DNA of 64,000 bases, from NCBI GenBank assembly GCA_045591055.1, contig JAZNSD010000076.1:32481-96480 (forward strand). Reading direction: 5' to 3'. Source of the DNA: Acutalibacteraceae bacterium (GTDB lineage Bacteria > Bacillota > Clostridia > Oscillospirales > Acutalibacteraceae). Below, one piece after another: positions 20,867 through 30,196 of the stretch. The position numbers and the translations under genes are program-made. The notes below the pieces were generated by a model. The model searched no databases and was not told where the DNA came from. It saw only the letters and a list, made by a program, of their open reading frames with translations. Every line of letters starts with the position of its first letter. Position 1 is the first letter of the stretch.

Positions 20867-20954
20867 CATTGTTTTTTGCGGTATATTCGTTAAAAGCACT
20901 TGAATATACTTTGATTTTTATATATAATCATCATATACCTACCAAAGGGGGACA

Positions 20955-21605
20955 ATGTATATGTCAGAATTGCAGACTATCAAATACGAAACAAAGCGCA
21001 GAAATCTTTTCCTCAGAGTTGCGCCGGGTCATTTTGCCACAAGCAACCGTCACACAAATTATTATATCGATGTTGTTTCTCAGAAATCCCGTCTTTCAGA
21101 AGCAAAGGCTGTTGCAGAGGAGCTTGCTGCTTATTATTATGCAGACACAGTGGTTGATACCGTTCTTTGCCTTGACGGCACGGAGGTTATCGGTGCGTGT
21201 CTTGCAAACTTCCTCACAAAGTCCGATAATATCGTTAATATGAACAGACATAAGTCAATTTATGTTGTTTCACCCGAATATACAAACAGTAACCAGATTC
21301 TTTTCCGTGATAATATCATTCCTATGATCAAGGATAAAAATATTATGATACTTGCAGTTTCCGTATCATCAGGAAAAACAGTTCTTGCTGCTATTGATGC
21401 TATAAGATACTACGGCGGTAAGGTTTCGGGTATTTCTTCTATTTTCGCAACTGAAAAAGACTGTATCGGATATCCTGTGCATTCAATATTTGACCCCAAT
21501 GATATCGACGGCTATCAGGTATGGCGTCCCCATGAGTGTCCCTTGTGCAAGCAGGGTATGAAGATTGATGCACTTATGAACAGCCACGGCTTCTCAAAGC
21601 TCTGA
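20955..21605 (+). CDS. Phosphoribosyltransferase-fold protein (OPRT-like) with a degenerate PRPP loop
   Basis: The layout is PRT type I-like. The PRPP-binding loop reads NIMILAVSVSSGKTV and lacks the usual acidic DD pair. The C-terminus has CPLC. The start may be 20961. Confidence 0.55.
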   Translation: MYMSELQTIKYETKRRNLFLRVAPGHFATSNRHTNYYIDVVSQKSRLSEAKAVAEELAAYYYADTVVDTVLCLDGTEVIGACLANFLTKSDNIVNMNRHKSIYVVSPEYTNSNQILFRDNIIPMIKDKNIMILAVSVSSGKTVLAAIDAIRYYGGKVSGISSIFATEKDCIGYPVHSIFDPNDIDGYQVWRPHECPLCKQGMKIDALMNSHGFSKL

Positions 21606-21707
21606 TAATTGTTTGTATACGGCTTCTCTCTGCTTTTCGGAGAGAGGTCGTTTTTTTCTTAACGTTATCAGATTTTCAGACTGAAATTTCCCGGGGGAGG
21701 GTATTCT

Positions 21708-22994
21708 ATGAAAAAATATATTGATAAAAATGAGCTTGTTTCCCGTATTGAGCTGAATTTTTCCCATCTTGAAAATGATCCATATTACAGTATTGAAGAG
21801 ATTTTTTCGCCCTATGAATATCAGTGGTACGGAGATAAAGAGGGCAGAGCTCTTCTTGCATTTATGTCTCACTATAAAATTTCGGGGAGAAAAATTCCCT
21901 GTATGGAAAAGCTGCTTTCCCGGATGCCTGAAAGACTGAATTCCCACGGATATTTCGGGCCCTTATATAACGGGAAAATACATGAAGAGCAGCTTTCCGG
22001 CCATTCCTGGCTTTTAAGGGGACTTGCAGAGCATTATGAAGCCTTTTCCGACAGCTTCTGTCTTGAAGAAATAAAGAAAATTACCGAGAAGCTGTATCTG
22101 CCTTTAAGGGGAAAGATAAACACCTATCCCGTGAACAGAAGCAAAGAGAATTCAGGCGGTGTCAGCGGTGAAATGACAGAAAATGAGGGAGGCTGGCTTC
22201 TTTCGTCAGATATCGGCTGTGCCTTTATGAGCATTGACGGTCTTTCCCACGCCTACTCAGTAACCTCAGATATACGCATAAAAGAGCTGATTGACGAAAT
22301 GACGGAGTTTTATCTCTCTATAGACAAAACAGCTCTCAGGGCGCAGACTCATTGCACTCTCACCTCAGCAAGGGGAATGCTGCGCATGTATAATAAGACA
22401 GGGGAGATAAAATATCTTGACGGCGCAAAGAAAATTCTTGATTTGTATATCAATCACGGCGGTATGACAAAAACCTGGCAGAATCTCAACTGGTGGGGCA
22501 GAGAGGATTCCTGGACAGAGCCCTGTGCCATAGTTGATTCTCTTATGCTTGCCGGTGAGCTTTATAAAATAACGGGGGAGGAAGACTTCCGCCGTATTTC
22601 CTCGTGCATATATCATAACGGACTATGTACCTCTCAGCGTGATAACGGCGGGGCGGGAACAGATACTCTTATATGTGATGGAAGCCCCCACAGCAGTCTT
22701 CGCCCTCAGATGTATGAGGCTTTCTTCTGCTGCAGTATGCGTCTTGCGGAGGGTCTTTGGTATATAAGCGAGAATAAAGAGTTGCTTTATATGGAGCTTA
22801 CGGGAAGGCTTATAAAAAATGACGACGGTATATACAGGGATAATGATCTCATATACTGTCTTCCCGATGAGGCTCTTCTTCCCTTTGCCGAAGAGGGGAT
22901 TGTTGCGGATAATATGGTTCTTTATCCCATAGTGAAGCTTTATAAGGTGCCAAAAGATATACTTATGAATTCATCTCAGAAAATTGTTTTCTGA
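21708..22994 (+). CDS. Hypothetical (alpha/alpha)6-barrel-like protein, distantly GH127/DUF1680-like
   Basis: 428 aa. Segments LSGHSWLLRGLAEHYE and YEAFFCCSMRLAEGLWY resemble the CC-containing motif of DUF1680 proteins. Assignment is tentative. Confidence 0.4.
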   Translation: MKKYIDKNELVSRIELNFSHLENDPYYSIEEIFSPYEYQWYGDKEGRALLAFMSHYKISGRKIPCMEKLLSRMPERLNSHGYFGPLYNGKIHEEQLSGHSWLLRGLAEHYEAFSDSFCLEEIKKITEKLYLPLRGKINTYPVNRSKENSGGVSGEMTENEGGWLLSSDIGCAFMSIDGLSHAYSVTSDIRIKELIDEMTEFYLSIDKTALRAQTHCTLTSARGMLRMYNKTGEIKYLDGAKKILDLYINHGGMTKTWQNLNWWGREDSWTEPCAIVDSLMLAGELYKITGEEDFRRISSCIYHNGLCTSQRDNGGAGTDTLICDGSPHSSLRPQMYEAFFCCSMRLAEGLWYISENKELLYMELTGRLIKNDDGIYRDNDLIYCLPDEALLPFAEEGIVADNMVLYPIVKLYKVPKDILMNSSQKIVF

Positions 22995-23083
22995 AAAATT
23001 TCTTCAGAGAATTAAACGGCTTGAAAATTATGCATATATGTGATAAAATATAAACAAAAAATAAAGTAAAGGAAGTAGTCATC

Positions 23084-24748
23084 TTGAAAAAATTGTTTTG
23101 CATTATTTTATCCCTTGTTATGCTTCTTTGCTGTTTTCTTCCTACGGTAGCTGCCGCAACAGCTGAAAAGCTTCCCATAATATATATTGTGGGCAAGCAG
23201 AATTCCCCTGTTTATAAAACCGATGAAAACGGTGACTGGATTCTTGATGAAAACGGGAAAAAAATCCAGATAGACAATGTAAACAGACCTATGGGAATGA
23301 GCCGTGAGGATTATATTCTCTCTCAGGTCGAGCCCGTTCTCAAGGAGCTTGCTCCTGCTTTATCATCGGGTAATTATGATTCTTACATTCAGTCTCTCAT
23401 TGATGCATTTGCTCCTGTTTATGCTGATGCTGTGCTTGACAAAAACGGTGAGGACCCCGACGGCAGAATTGACTGGGACTATTCCGTACAGCAGCCTCAG
23501 GGCGGTATGGGCGGCTTCAAGTATTACTATTTCCGTTACGACTGGCGTTATTCTCCTTATGAAACAGCAGATGATCTTAATACCTTTGTTGAATATGTCT
23601 GCAAAAAAGAAGGTGTGGAAAAGGTAAATATCCATGCCCGCTGCTACGGCTCAAATGTTGCAGCCGCTTATATTGCAAAGAGCGAGGCAGGCTATTATGA
23701 TGCTCCCTTCAGAGTAAAGAATCTTGTTCTCAACACAACACCCATTGCAGGCTATATCATTGTCGGTGCGCTGATGTCGGGCTCCATCACCTTCACAGCC
23801 GATAATATCGACAGATACATAACCATCCTTATGAATAATCAGAGTATTTTTGAGGATCCGGTTATAGATACCTTTGTTATGATGCTTGTTTCCGCACTAA
23901 ATCAGGCAAAGGTGCTCGGTTGGGGTACTGATAAGGTTCAGGAAATATATGATGCCATTTCCGACAAGCTTATTCCCGGCCTTGCGCTGGCTTCATACGG
24001 TTCATTCCCTTCATACTGGTCTATGATAAGTGATGAATACTATGAAAAGGCAAAGCTCAAGGTTTTCGGCACCACTCTTCCCGAGGGTGAATATGCAGGC
24101 TTTATTGAAAAAATAGATAATTATCATAACCTCCTCGGCGCATTCGATGAGGAAAGCGGAGAATATCTCTATGCATCCCTTCTCAAGAGATGTGAAGAGG
24201 AATACGGTATGAAAACTGCTGTTTTTGCAAAATACGGCTTCGCATCCTTCCCGTTCTTTGAGGGAAGTGAGCTCACAGGCGATGCAAGAGGAACCGTAAC
24301 AGAGCTTTCTCTCGGCGCTATGGGTACGGTTCTCGGAGAAACCTTTACTGATGAAGAGCTTGCTGCAATCAAGGCAATGGAGGACTATGATGAAAGATAC
24401 CTTGCCGCCGACAATAAGGTTTATGCAGGCACCTGTCTTTTCCCCGAAACCACCTGGTTCTCAAAAAATATGGCTCATGACCAGCTTAATCTCATTGATC
24501 CCATTGCAACGGCATTTTTCCTTTCCGACGGTACCTTTACCGTTCACGATGATGAGAATTATCCCCAGTTCCATGAATATATCGACGGTTATTTTGTTCC
24601 TGTCGAGGAAGCTGATGCAACCGACAGCCTGTGGTCAGACAATCCGATCGTGGTATTTATGAATTTCGTTATGGCGCTTCTTGAGTTCCTCCTTGCACTC
24701 AAGGATGAAATAATGGCACTGCTTCCCGTAAGCGGTACAGTTGCATAA
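23084..24748 (+). CDS. Secreted LCAT-like alpha/beta hydrolase-fold protein with Cys at the nucleophile position (paralogue 2)
   Basis: TTG start after AAAGGAAG and a signal peptide. It has the FRYDWRYSPYE motif, and the elbow reads IHARCYGSN (Cys codon 23642..23644). It shares the CLFPETTWF.KN..HD block and a hydrophobic C-terminal tail with the 15161 gene. Confidence 0.6.
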   Translation: MKKLFCIILSLVMLLCCFLPTVAAATAEKLPIIYIVGKQNSPVYKTDENGDWILDENGKKIQIDNVNRPMGMSREDYILSQVEPVLKELAPALSSGNYDSYIQSLIDAFAPVYADAVLDKNGEDPDGRIDWDYSVQQPQGGMGGFKYYYFRYDWRYSPYETADDLNTFVEYVCKKEGVEKVNIHARCYGSNVAAAYIAKSEAGYYDAPFRVKNLVLNTTPIAGYIIVGALMSGSITFTADNIDRYITILMNNQSIFEDPVIDTFVMMLVSALNQAKVLGWGTDKVQEIYDAISDKLIPGLALASYGSFPSYWSMISDEYYEKAKLKVFGTTLPEGEYAGFIEKIDNYHNLLGAFDEESGEYLYASLLKRCEEEYGMKTAVFAKYGFASFPFFEGSELTGDARGTVTELSLGAMGTVLGETFTDEELAAIKAMEDYDERYLAADNKVYAGTCLFPETTWFSKNMAHDQLNLIDPIATAFFLSDGTFTVHDDENYPQFHEYIDGYFVPVEEADATDSLWSDNPIVVFMNFVMALLEFLLALKDEIMALLPVSGTVA

Positions 24749-24784
24749 AAGTATATAAAAATCTGCGTCCGGATAAGCTGATAT

Positions 24785-24848
24785 AATCCCCTTAAAGCAG
24801 ACACTTGAAATAACAAAAAATTTCAAGACTGCTTCAGGGGGATTTTTT
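24785..24848 (+). terminator. Long extended hairpin terminator
   Basis: AATCCCCTTAAAGCAG ... CTGCTTCAGGGGGATT with an inner hairpin CTTGAAAT/ATTTCAAG, followed by T6. Confidence 0.7.
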
Positions 24849-25075
24849 CTATGCCGAGAACAAATCATATAAACAAGAAATATTCAAAAGAATTGATAAT
24901 ACATCCTTCGGATGGATTATCTGCTGTTTTTTGTTGTTTCGTCTGATTTCTTGACAGGGGACACATCATAAGCTTATCGGAGTATTATTTTAATTATTTA
25001 TCTTACTGTTTCTTATTTGCAATATATTTATGGCTTAAGGGCAGCATATTACAGTATGAACGGTAAAATTTTGTA

Positions 25076-25140
25076 TTGACAACGAAAGGGGACGATGGTA
25101 TATTATACATAGATGCTCTATGTATCGAAACTCTATGTAT
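25076..25140 (+). promoter_or_regulatory. Sigma-70-type promoter with an overlapping candidate PadR operator
   Basis: TTGACA (25076..25081), a 17-nt spacer, then TATATT (25099..25104). The inverted repeat ATACATAG-ATGCT-CTATGTAT (25105..25125) follows, with a third CTATGTAT copy at 25133..25140 just upstream of the padR RBS. Confidence 0.55.
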
Positions 25141-25154
25141 AAGGAGAGAGAAAA

Positions 25155-25499
25155 ATGAATATTAAAAAGGAGCTTACAAAGGGCAGCAGCGCGATGCTTG
25201 TGCTGTCGGTGCTTGAAAAAGAGGAGCTTTACGGCTATATGATAATCAAGCGCATTGCCGAAAGAAGCGAAAATGCCTTCAATTTCAAGGAGGGTACGCT
25301 TTATCCCATTCTCCATAATTTTGAAGCCAACGGTTATGTGAAATCCTATACCGTCAATACGGAGGGCAGAACGAGAAAATATTATAAAATCACGGATAAG
25401 GGTATAAAGGCACTGAATGAGAGCAAAGAGGAATGGAATGCCTATACTGCGGCAGTGAGAAAGGTTATCGATGTAAAGCCGGTCCTTCAGAAGGTGTGA
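25155..25499 (+). CDS. PadR family transcriptional regulator
   Basis: KGSSAMLVLSVLEKEELYGYMIIKRIAERSENAFNFKEGTLYPILHNFEANGYV is a typical PadR winged helix. Confidence 0.9.
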   Translation: MNIKKELTKGSSAMLVLSVLEKEELYGYMIIKRIAERSENAFNFKEGTLYPILHNFEANGYVKSYTVNTEGRTRKYYKITDKGIKALNESKEEWNAYTAAVRKVIDVKPVLQKV

Positions 25500-25516
25500 T
25501 AAGGGGGGGTGGATAT

Positions 25517-26995
25517 ATGAATTCAATAATAGAGTTTGTTGATTCGTTTATACCTTCAAATCTTCCGTCTAAAAGAAAACAGATATTAAAGGACGAGCTT
25601 ATGTGCCACATCCTTGATAAAGCAGACTATTATCAGGAGCTGGGCTTTGGCGAAAGGCAAAGTATTGAAAAGGCGATTGATGATTTCGGCACGGATGAGG
25701 AAATGAAAAAATTTATCTTCGGCGAATTCGAAAGCCTTTATCAGGAAAGAACAGTATGGGGCATTCTTGCAGGTCTTTTTATCTGGCTTCTCAACTGGCT
25801 TTGTATTCCTCTTGATATATGGGTGTACTCGGCAGATTATAACAGAGAGCCCGACCCTGCGGGGGCGCTTGTCAGCTTTATTATGATTTTTGCGGTGCTG
25901 GGGCTTATAGTCTTTGCCCGCATAAAGAAATACAGAAAAATGCTTTTGTGTATAGGTATTTCAAATCTTACCGTCATTGGCGGACAGCTGTGGTTTTTTT
26001 ATCCGCAGATGGCAATGTATTCTCTTATAGACAACATAGTTTATCTTATCGACCGATTCACACCATTTCTTTTTGGAAATACGCTTCTTGATGTGTATTT
26101 ATACATTTTTTTTATGCCGGTGTTGTTTACAGGCATATCGCTTTATACCTTCATGGCCTCCCGTTTTCTTAAAACAGGACGTATCGGGGATGTAAAAAAT
26201 CCGAAAAAGAAGAGTATAGTCTTTGCGAGTATCTTTGTTTTTATTATGATTTCCACCTGCTTTATACAGCCCTCGGGGAGAAATTATGTTGAGAATTATC
26301 CCGTATGGTTTTCTCCCTATGATGTATATATTTCGGATCAAACAGCAGATTTTTATGAGGGAATAAACATCGGGGACACAAAAGAAAGAGCAGAGGAAAT
26401 ATTAAAAGGAAAGGGCTTCATAAGCTTTCAGGAATACTCATCGCATCTTGACAGGCTCAGAAAAAAGCAGTTTGATGCAAACACGGATGAGTTTATGTTT
26501 ATCGACGGCTATACGGTATATTTTCATCCCGAGATATTTATTCCCGGCGAGGGCTTTGTGGGCATAAAATATTCCGACGGTATCGTCACGGGTGTGGCTG
26601 TGGGAAATATAGGAAAATATATGTATGATGAGGAATATGAAACCTTCGGTTATTTTGAAAACTATGACGACGTAAGTGCAGACATCAGCGAGGTGAAGGA
26701 ATATTTCTCCTTAATAAAAAAAGGAGAAAGGGAGGATGAGCTTCTGAACCCCTTCAGCTATCTGTCTGCAGGAGACATATATGCAAAACGGAAATATACG
26801 GAAAACGGCAGTCTGAAAACATATTACAGAATATATTTCTACGGTGTGCTTGATCCCGAAGAGGCAGACTACAGAAGAGACGGAAGCTGCTATATAGAGC
26901 TGCTGTTTTCTGACGGAGCACTTGAAAAGGGGAAATTATTCACTGAGGATTTTGACGCAAACATAGAATCTCAGACGGTTTCAGACGAAATATAG
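25517..26995 (+). CDS. PadR-associated membrane protein with a large C-terminal extracytoplasmic domain
   Basis: Start moved to the ATG after GGGGGGGTGG. The longer listed ORF would overlap padR. The N-terminus (IIEFVDSFIPSNLPSKRKQILKDELMCHILD) resembles DUF1700/permease-prefix proteins usually paired with PadR. It has about 6 TM helices. Confidence 0.6.
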   Translation: MNSIIEFVDSFIPSNLPSKRKQILKDELMCHILDKADYYQELGFGERQSIEKAIDDFGTDEEMKKFIFGEFESLYQERTVWGILAGLFIWLLNWLCIPLDIWVYSADYNREPDPAGALVSFIMIFAVLGLIVFARIKKYRKMLLCIGISNLTVIGGQLWFFYPQMAMYSLIDNIVYLIDRFTPFLFGNTLLDVYLYIFFMPVLFTGISLYTFMASRFLKTGRIGDVKNPKKKSIVFASIFVFIMISTCFIQPSGRNYVENYPVWFSPYDVYISDQTADFYEGINIGDTKERAEEILKGKGFISFQEYSSHLDRLRKKQFDANTDEFMFIDGYTVYFHPEIFIPGEGFVGIKYSDGIVTGVAVGNIGKYMYDEEYETFGYFENYDDVSADISEVKEYFSLIKKGEREDELLNPFSYLSAGDIYAKRKYTENGSLKTYYRIYFYGVLDPEEADYRRDGSCYIELLFSDGALEKGKLFTEDFDANIESQTVSDEI

Positions 26996-27003
26996 CTTTT
27001 ACG

Positions 27004-27036
27004 GCAGCAGACCCCGGGTCTGCTGCTCTTTGTTTT
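27004..27036 (+). terminator. Rho-independent terminator
   Basis: GCAGCAGACCC-GGGTCTGCTGC followed by a T-rich tract. Confidence 0.7.
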
Positions 27037-27087
27037 CTTGACTTAAAAACCATACTGTCATATAATTAATAAAAAGGCGGTGGGAAT

Positions 27088-27834
27088 ATGAGTTATATGA
27101 AAAGGCCTGAAATGGTGCTCTTTGATGTGGGAGGCACTTTATTTATCGACGGGAAATGTATCCCCCGTGACGGGCTTTCCCGATTGAGAAAATATTCTCT
27201 TAATCCCGGGGTGACGGATGATGACACTCTTGCCGCATTATGGGACGAATATACGGATGAGGTGGATGTCGGTCTCAGATCAAGACACGGTGCACAGCTT
27301 GATATACCTCTTTCTGCCATACTGAGGTATATAACAATGAATTCAGGCCTTCGTTTTGATATTCCCGTTGCTTTTCAGGAGGAGATTTTTGACCGCTTCA
27401 ATTCCGAAAGAAGCGTGGCTCAGGGCATTGAGCAGCTTCTTTTTACATTAAAGGAAAAGGGAATCAGGACAGCTGTGATAAGTAACAACAGTATGAGCGG
27501 GGAGAGCCTTTCTCTTGCAATAAAAAGATGGCTTCCCTCGTCGGAATTTGAATTCTGCCTGACCTCCTCCGATATTCTTCTTGCCAAGCCCCACAAATCA
27601 ATTTTTCTTGCTGCCGCTTGTCTGGCGGGCGTGGAGCCGGCAAGCTGCTGGTATTGCGGCGACAAAAAAATTCCCGATGTTGACGGTGCAAAAAACAGCG
27701 GTATGCTCCCTGTGCTGATAAACCGTGATTCCGCGGTGCCGCTCAGCTATCCTGAAGACGGCGGCAGGGGAGAATATATGGAAATAAACAGCTGGTATGA
27801 GCTTCAGAAATTTATAAATACTATAAAGGAATAA
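27088..27834 (+). CDS. HAD-superfamily hydrolase
   Basis: Motif I variant VLFDVGGTLF, plus later ISNN and GDKKIPDVDGA motifs. Confidence 0.7.
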   Translation: MSYMKRPEMVLFDVGGTLFIDGKCIPRDGLSRLRKYSLNPGVTDDDTLAALWDEYTDEVDVGLRSRHGAQLDIPLSAILRYITMNSGLRFDIPVAFQEEIFDRFNSERSVAQGIEQLLFTLKEKGIRTAVISNNSMSGESLSLAIKRWLPSSEFEFCLTSSDILLAKPHKSIFLAAACLAGVEPASCWYCGDKKIPDVDGAKNSGMLPVLINRDSAVPLSYPEDGGRGEYMEINSWYELQKFINTIKE

Positions 27835-27838
27835 GAAT

Positions 27839-28501
27839 ATGAAAAAATATTTATCCGCTTCAATTATGTGCGCAGACCTTCTTAATATGGAAAAATCTGT
27901 AAGGGAGCTTGAAAAAGCCGGTATAGATTATCTTCATGTGGATATTATGGACGGGGCTTTTGTACCTAATATCACCCTTGGTTTTGATCTTATTAATGCA
28001 CTTAAGAAAATTACGGATATCCCTCTCGATGTGCATATGATGGTGAATAAGCCGTCGGAGTTCATTGATATGATGAAGCTTTCTGAAAATGATATACTTG
28101 CAGTGCATTATGAATCGGAAATACATATTGCGCGTACTCTTGAAAAAATAAAGTCAAAGGGTATAAAGGCAGGTCTTGCAATAAATCCAGCAACACCCGT
28201 TGAGGCTTTCCGTTATACTCAGGAGCTTATTGATATGGCACTTGTTATGACCGTGAATCCCGGCTTTGCAGGGCAGAAAATCGTTCCCTTTGCCCAAAGA
28301 AAGGTAAGAGATACAAGAGAATTCCTTGATTTTTCAGGCAATTCACATATTCTTATTGAGGTTGACGGCAATATAAGTCCCGGTAACGGAAAAATGCTGT
28401 CGGAAGCGGGGGCGGATATTTTTGTGCTGGGAACAAGCGCTTTGTTTATTAAGGACAAGGATATGAAAGAAACTGCCGGGTCCTTAAGAGAACTTTTCTG
28501 A
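27839..28501 (+). CDS. Ribulose-phosphate 3-epimerase family protein (Rpe/AlsE-like)
   Basis: SIMCADLLNMEKSVRELEKAGIDYLHVDIMDGAFVPNITLG, DVHMMV and MTVNPGFAGQ are family motifs. Confidence 0.85.
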   Translation: MKKYLSASIMCADLLNMEKSVRELEKAGIDYLHVDIMDGAFVPNITLGFDLINALKKITDIPLDVHMMVNKPSEFIDMMKLSENDILAVHYESEIHIARTLEKIKSKGIKAGLAINPATPVEAFRYTQELIDMALVMTVNPGFAGQKIVPFAQRKVRDTREFLDFSGNSHILIEVDGNISPGNGKMLSEAGADIFVLGTSALFIKDKDMKETAGSLRELF

Positions 28502-28511
28502 GGTGAACAGG

Positions 28512-29420
28512 ATGTATGAGAATATAAAGGCTGCCGTTATGGGCAGTATCAATATGGATATAATTCTTTCTGCTGAAAAGCTTCCCGATGTGGGGGAAAA
28601 TGTTACGGGAAGTGAATATTCCTATGCCTGCGGCGGCAAGGGCGCAAATCAGGCTATAGGACTTTCCCGGCTTGGTGCAAGGGTGAAAATGATAGGTAAG
28701 GTCGGAGATGATATAAACGGCAGAAAGCTTATTGATAATCTTATTGATAATAATGTGGATGCTTCGGGTGTTTCAAAAGACGGTACCTCCACAGGTCTTG
28801 CCGCAATTCTGATTGACGGGGAAGGCAGAAACCGCATTATCGTTTATGAATGCGCAAATGCGGAAATTGATCCCGAAAAGGCAGCTTCTTATATCACTGA
28901 GGATACTGATGTGCTTTTAGTTCAGTTCGAAACAAATGAAGAAGCAGTTATTTCCTGTGTAAATAAGGCAATGGAAAAGAACATCGTTACGGTGGTTGAC
29001 TGCGGACCTGCAAAGAATTTCTGCCTTGAAAGAATGCAGGGTATCACAATTCTTTCTCCCAATGAAAACGAAACCGAGGCTCTTACGGGGATTTTTCCCG
29101 GAGATGAAAAAACTGCCCTTGATGCCTCACAGGTGCTTTACGAAAGAAGTAAAGCAGAATTTATTGTGCTGAAGCTGGGAGCAAGGGGCTGCTCTCTTTT
29201 TGACGGAAGAGAAATAGAGTTTTTTCCCTCATATCCTGCAAAGGTGCTTGATACCACTGCGGCGGGCGATTCCTTTACTGCCGCTATGGCACTGGAATAT
29301 GTGAAAAGCAGGGATATAAAAAAAGCCTGCGATACGGGAAACCGTGCAGGCAGTATTGCAGTAAGCCGTGTTGGGGCTCAGTTTTCAATGCCTATGGCTG
29401 AAGAACTGATGAAAGTATAA
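28512..29420 (+). CDS. rbsK: PfkB-family sugar kinase, ribokinase-like
   Basis: It has GGKGANQA and DTTAAGDSF motifs. Start placed at the ATG 6 nt after GAGGTG; the listed GTG at 28503 lies within that RBS. Confidence 0.8.
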   Translation: MYENIKAAVMGSINMDIILSAEKLPDVGENVTGSEYSYACGGKGANQAIGLSRLGARVKMIGKVGDDINGRKLIDNLIDNNVDASGVSKDGTSTGLAAILIDGEGRNRIIVYECANAEIDPEKAASYITEDTDVLLVQFETNEEAVISCVNKAMEKNIVTVVDCGPAKNFCLERMQGITILSPNENETEALTGIFPGDEKTALDASQVLYERSKAEFIVLKLGARGCSLFDGREIEFFPSYPAKVLDTTAAGDSFTAAMALEYVKSRDIKKACDTGNRAGSIAVSRVGAQFSMPMAEELMKV

Positions 29421-29452
29421 TAATTTCACGGCTTTATAAAGAGGAAAATGAA

Positions 29453-30169
29453 ATGGAAAATTCAGAATTACAGAAAATAAAAGAGCTTCTGTATAATTCA
29501 TACTACGGGGTGTTTTTCGGCGGTGCGGGAGTGTCCACCGAAAGCGGAATTCCGGATTTCAGAAGCGCGGACGGTCTTTACAAACAGGCTTCAAATGAGT
29601 ATTATTTAAGCAGAAGCTGTCTTGAAAATGAGCCTGAAAGATTTTTTGCCTTTTATAAAGAAAAAATGCTTTATCCCGATGCAAAGCCCAACTATACTCA
29701 CCTTGCACTCTCTGAGCTTGAAAAGGCAGGAGTTATAAAAGCTGTGATCACTCAGAATATAGACGGTCTTCATCAGGCGGCAGGCAGTAAAGAGGTGGTT
29801 GAGCTTCACGGAACAACGCTAAGAAATTACTGCAGAAGCTGTAAACGGGTTTATGCACCGGACTTTATTGCAAAAAGCGACGGTTTACCCCTTTGTCCCG
29901 TGTGCGCAGGCTTAGTAAGACCTGATGTTACGCTTTATGAAGAAAATCTTGATTATTCTGCAATCAATAAAGCAAAAATGCACATTGAGGCAGCCGATTT
30001 TCTGTTGGTAGGCGGCACTTCTCTCAATGTGTATCCGGCAGCAGGCTTTGTGGCAGACTACAAAGGAAAAAATCTTATAATTGTAAATCTCAGCCCCACA
30101 CCCTTTGATAATGATGCACGGTATGTTATCAGAATGCCGTTATCGGAGTTTTTCCGTTATATGATATAA
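29453..30169 (+). CDS. cobB: NAD-dependent protein deacylase (Sir2/CobB family)
   Basis: It has GAGVSTESGIPDFRS, QNIDGLH and the zinc-ribbon cysteines CRSC...CPVC. 238 aa. Confidence 0.85.
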   Translation: MENSELQKIKELLYNSYYGVFFGGAGVSTESGIPDFRSADGLYKQASNEYYLSRSCLENEPERFFAFYKEKMLYPDAKPNYTHLALSELEKAGVIKAVITQNIDGLHQAAGSKEVVELHGTTLRNYCRSCKRVYAPDFIAKSDGLPLCPVCAGLVRPDVTLYEENLDYSAINKAKMHIEAADFLLVGGTSLNVYPAAGFVADYKGKNLIIVNLSPTPFDNDARYVIRMPLSEFFRYMI

Positions 30170-30196
30170 ATTTTTCAGAAAAGAGGATGGTACATT

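Noticed and set aside
20863-21243. A 126-aa ORF overlapping the start of the PRT-like gene.
   Set aside because: It is out of frame with a better-supported CDS, has no RBS, and its translation is low-complexity.
29453-30169. The Sir2-domain protein was considered as a possible anti-phage defence effector (Thoeris, DSR or SIR2-HerA style).
   Set aside because: It is a compact 238-aa protein with the canonical sirtuin motifs (GAGVSTESGIPDFRS, QNIDGLH) and a Cys4 zinc ribbon, typical of CobB deacylases. No TIR, HerA, pAgo or other defence partner is adjacent.
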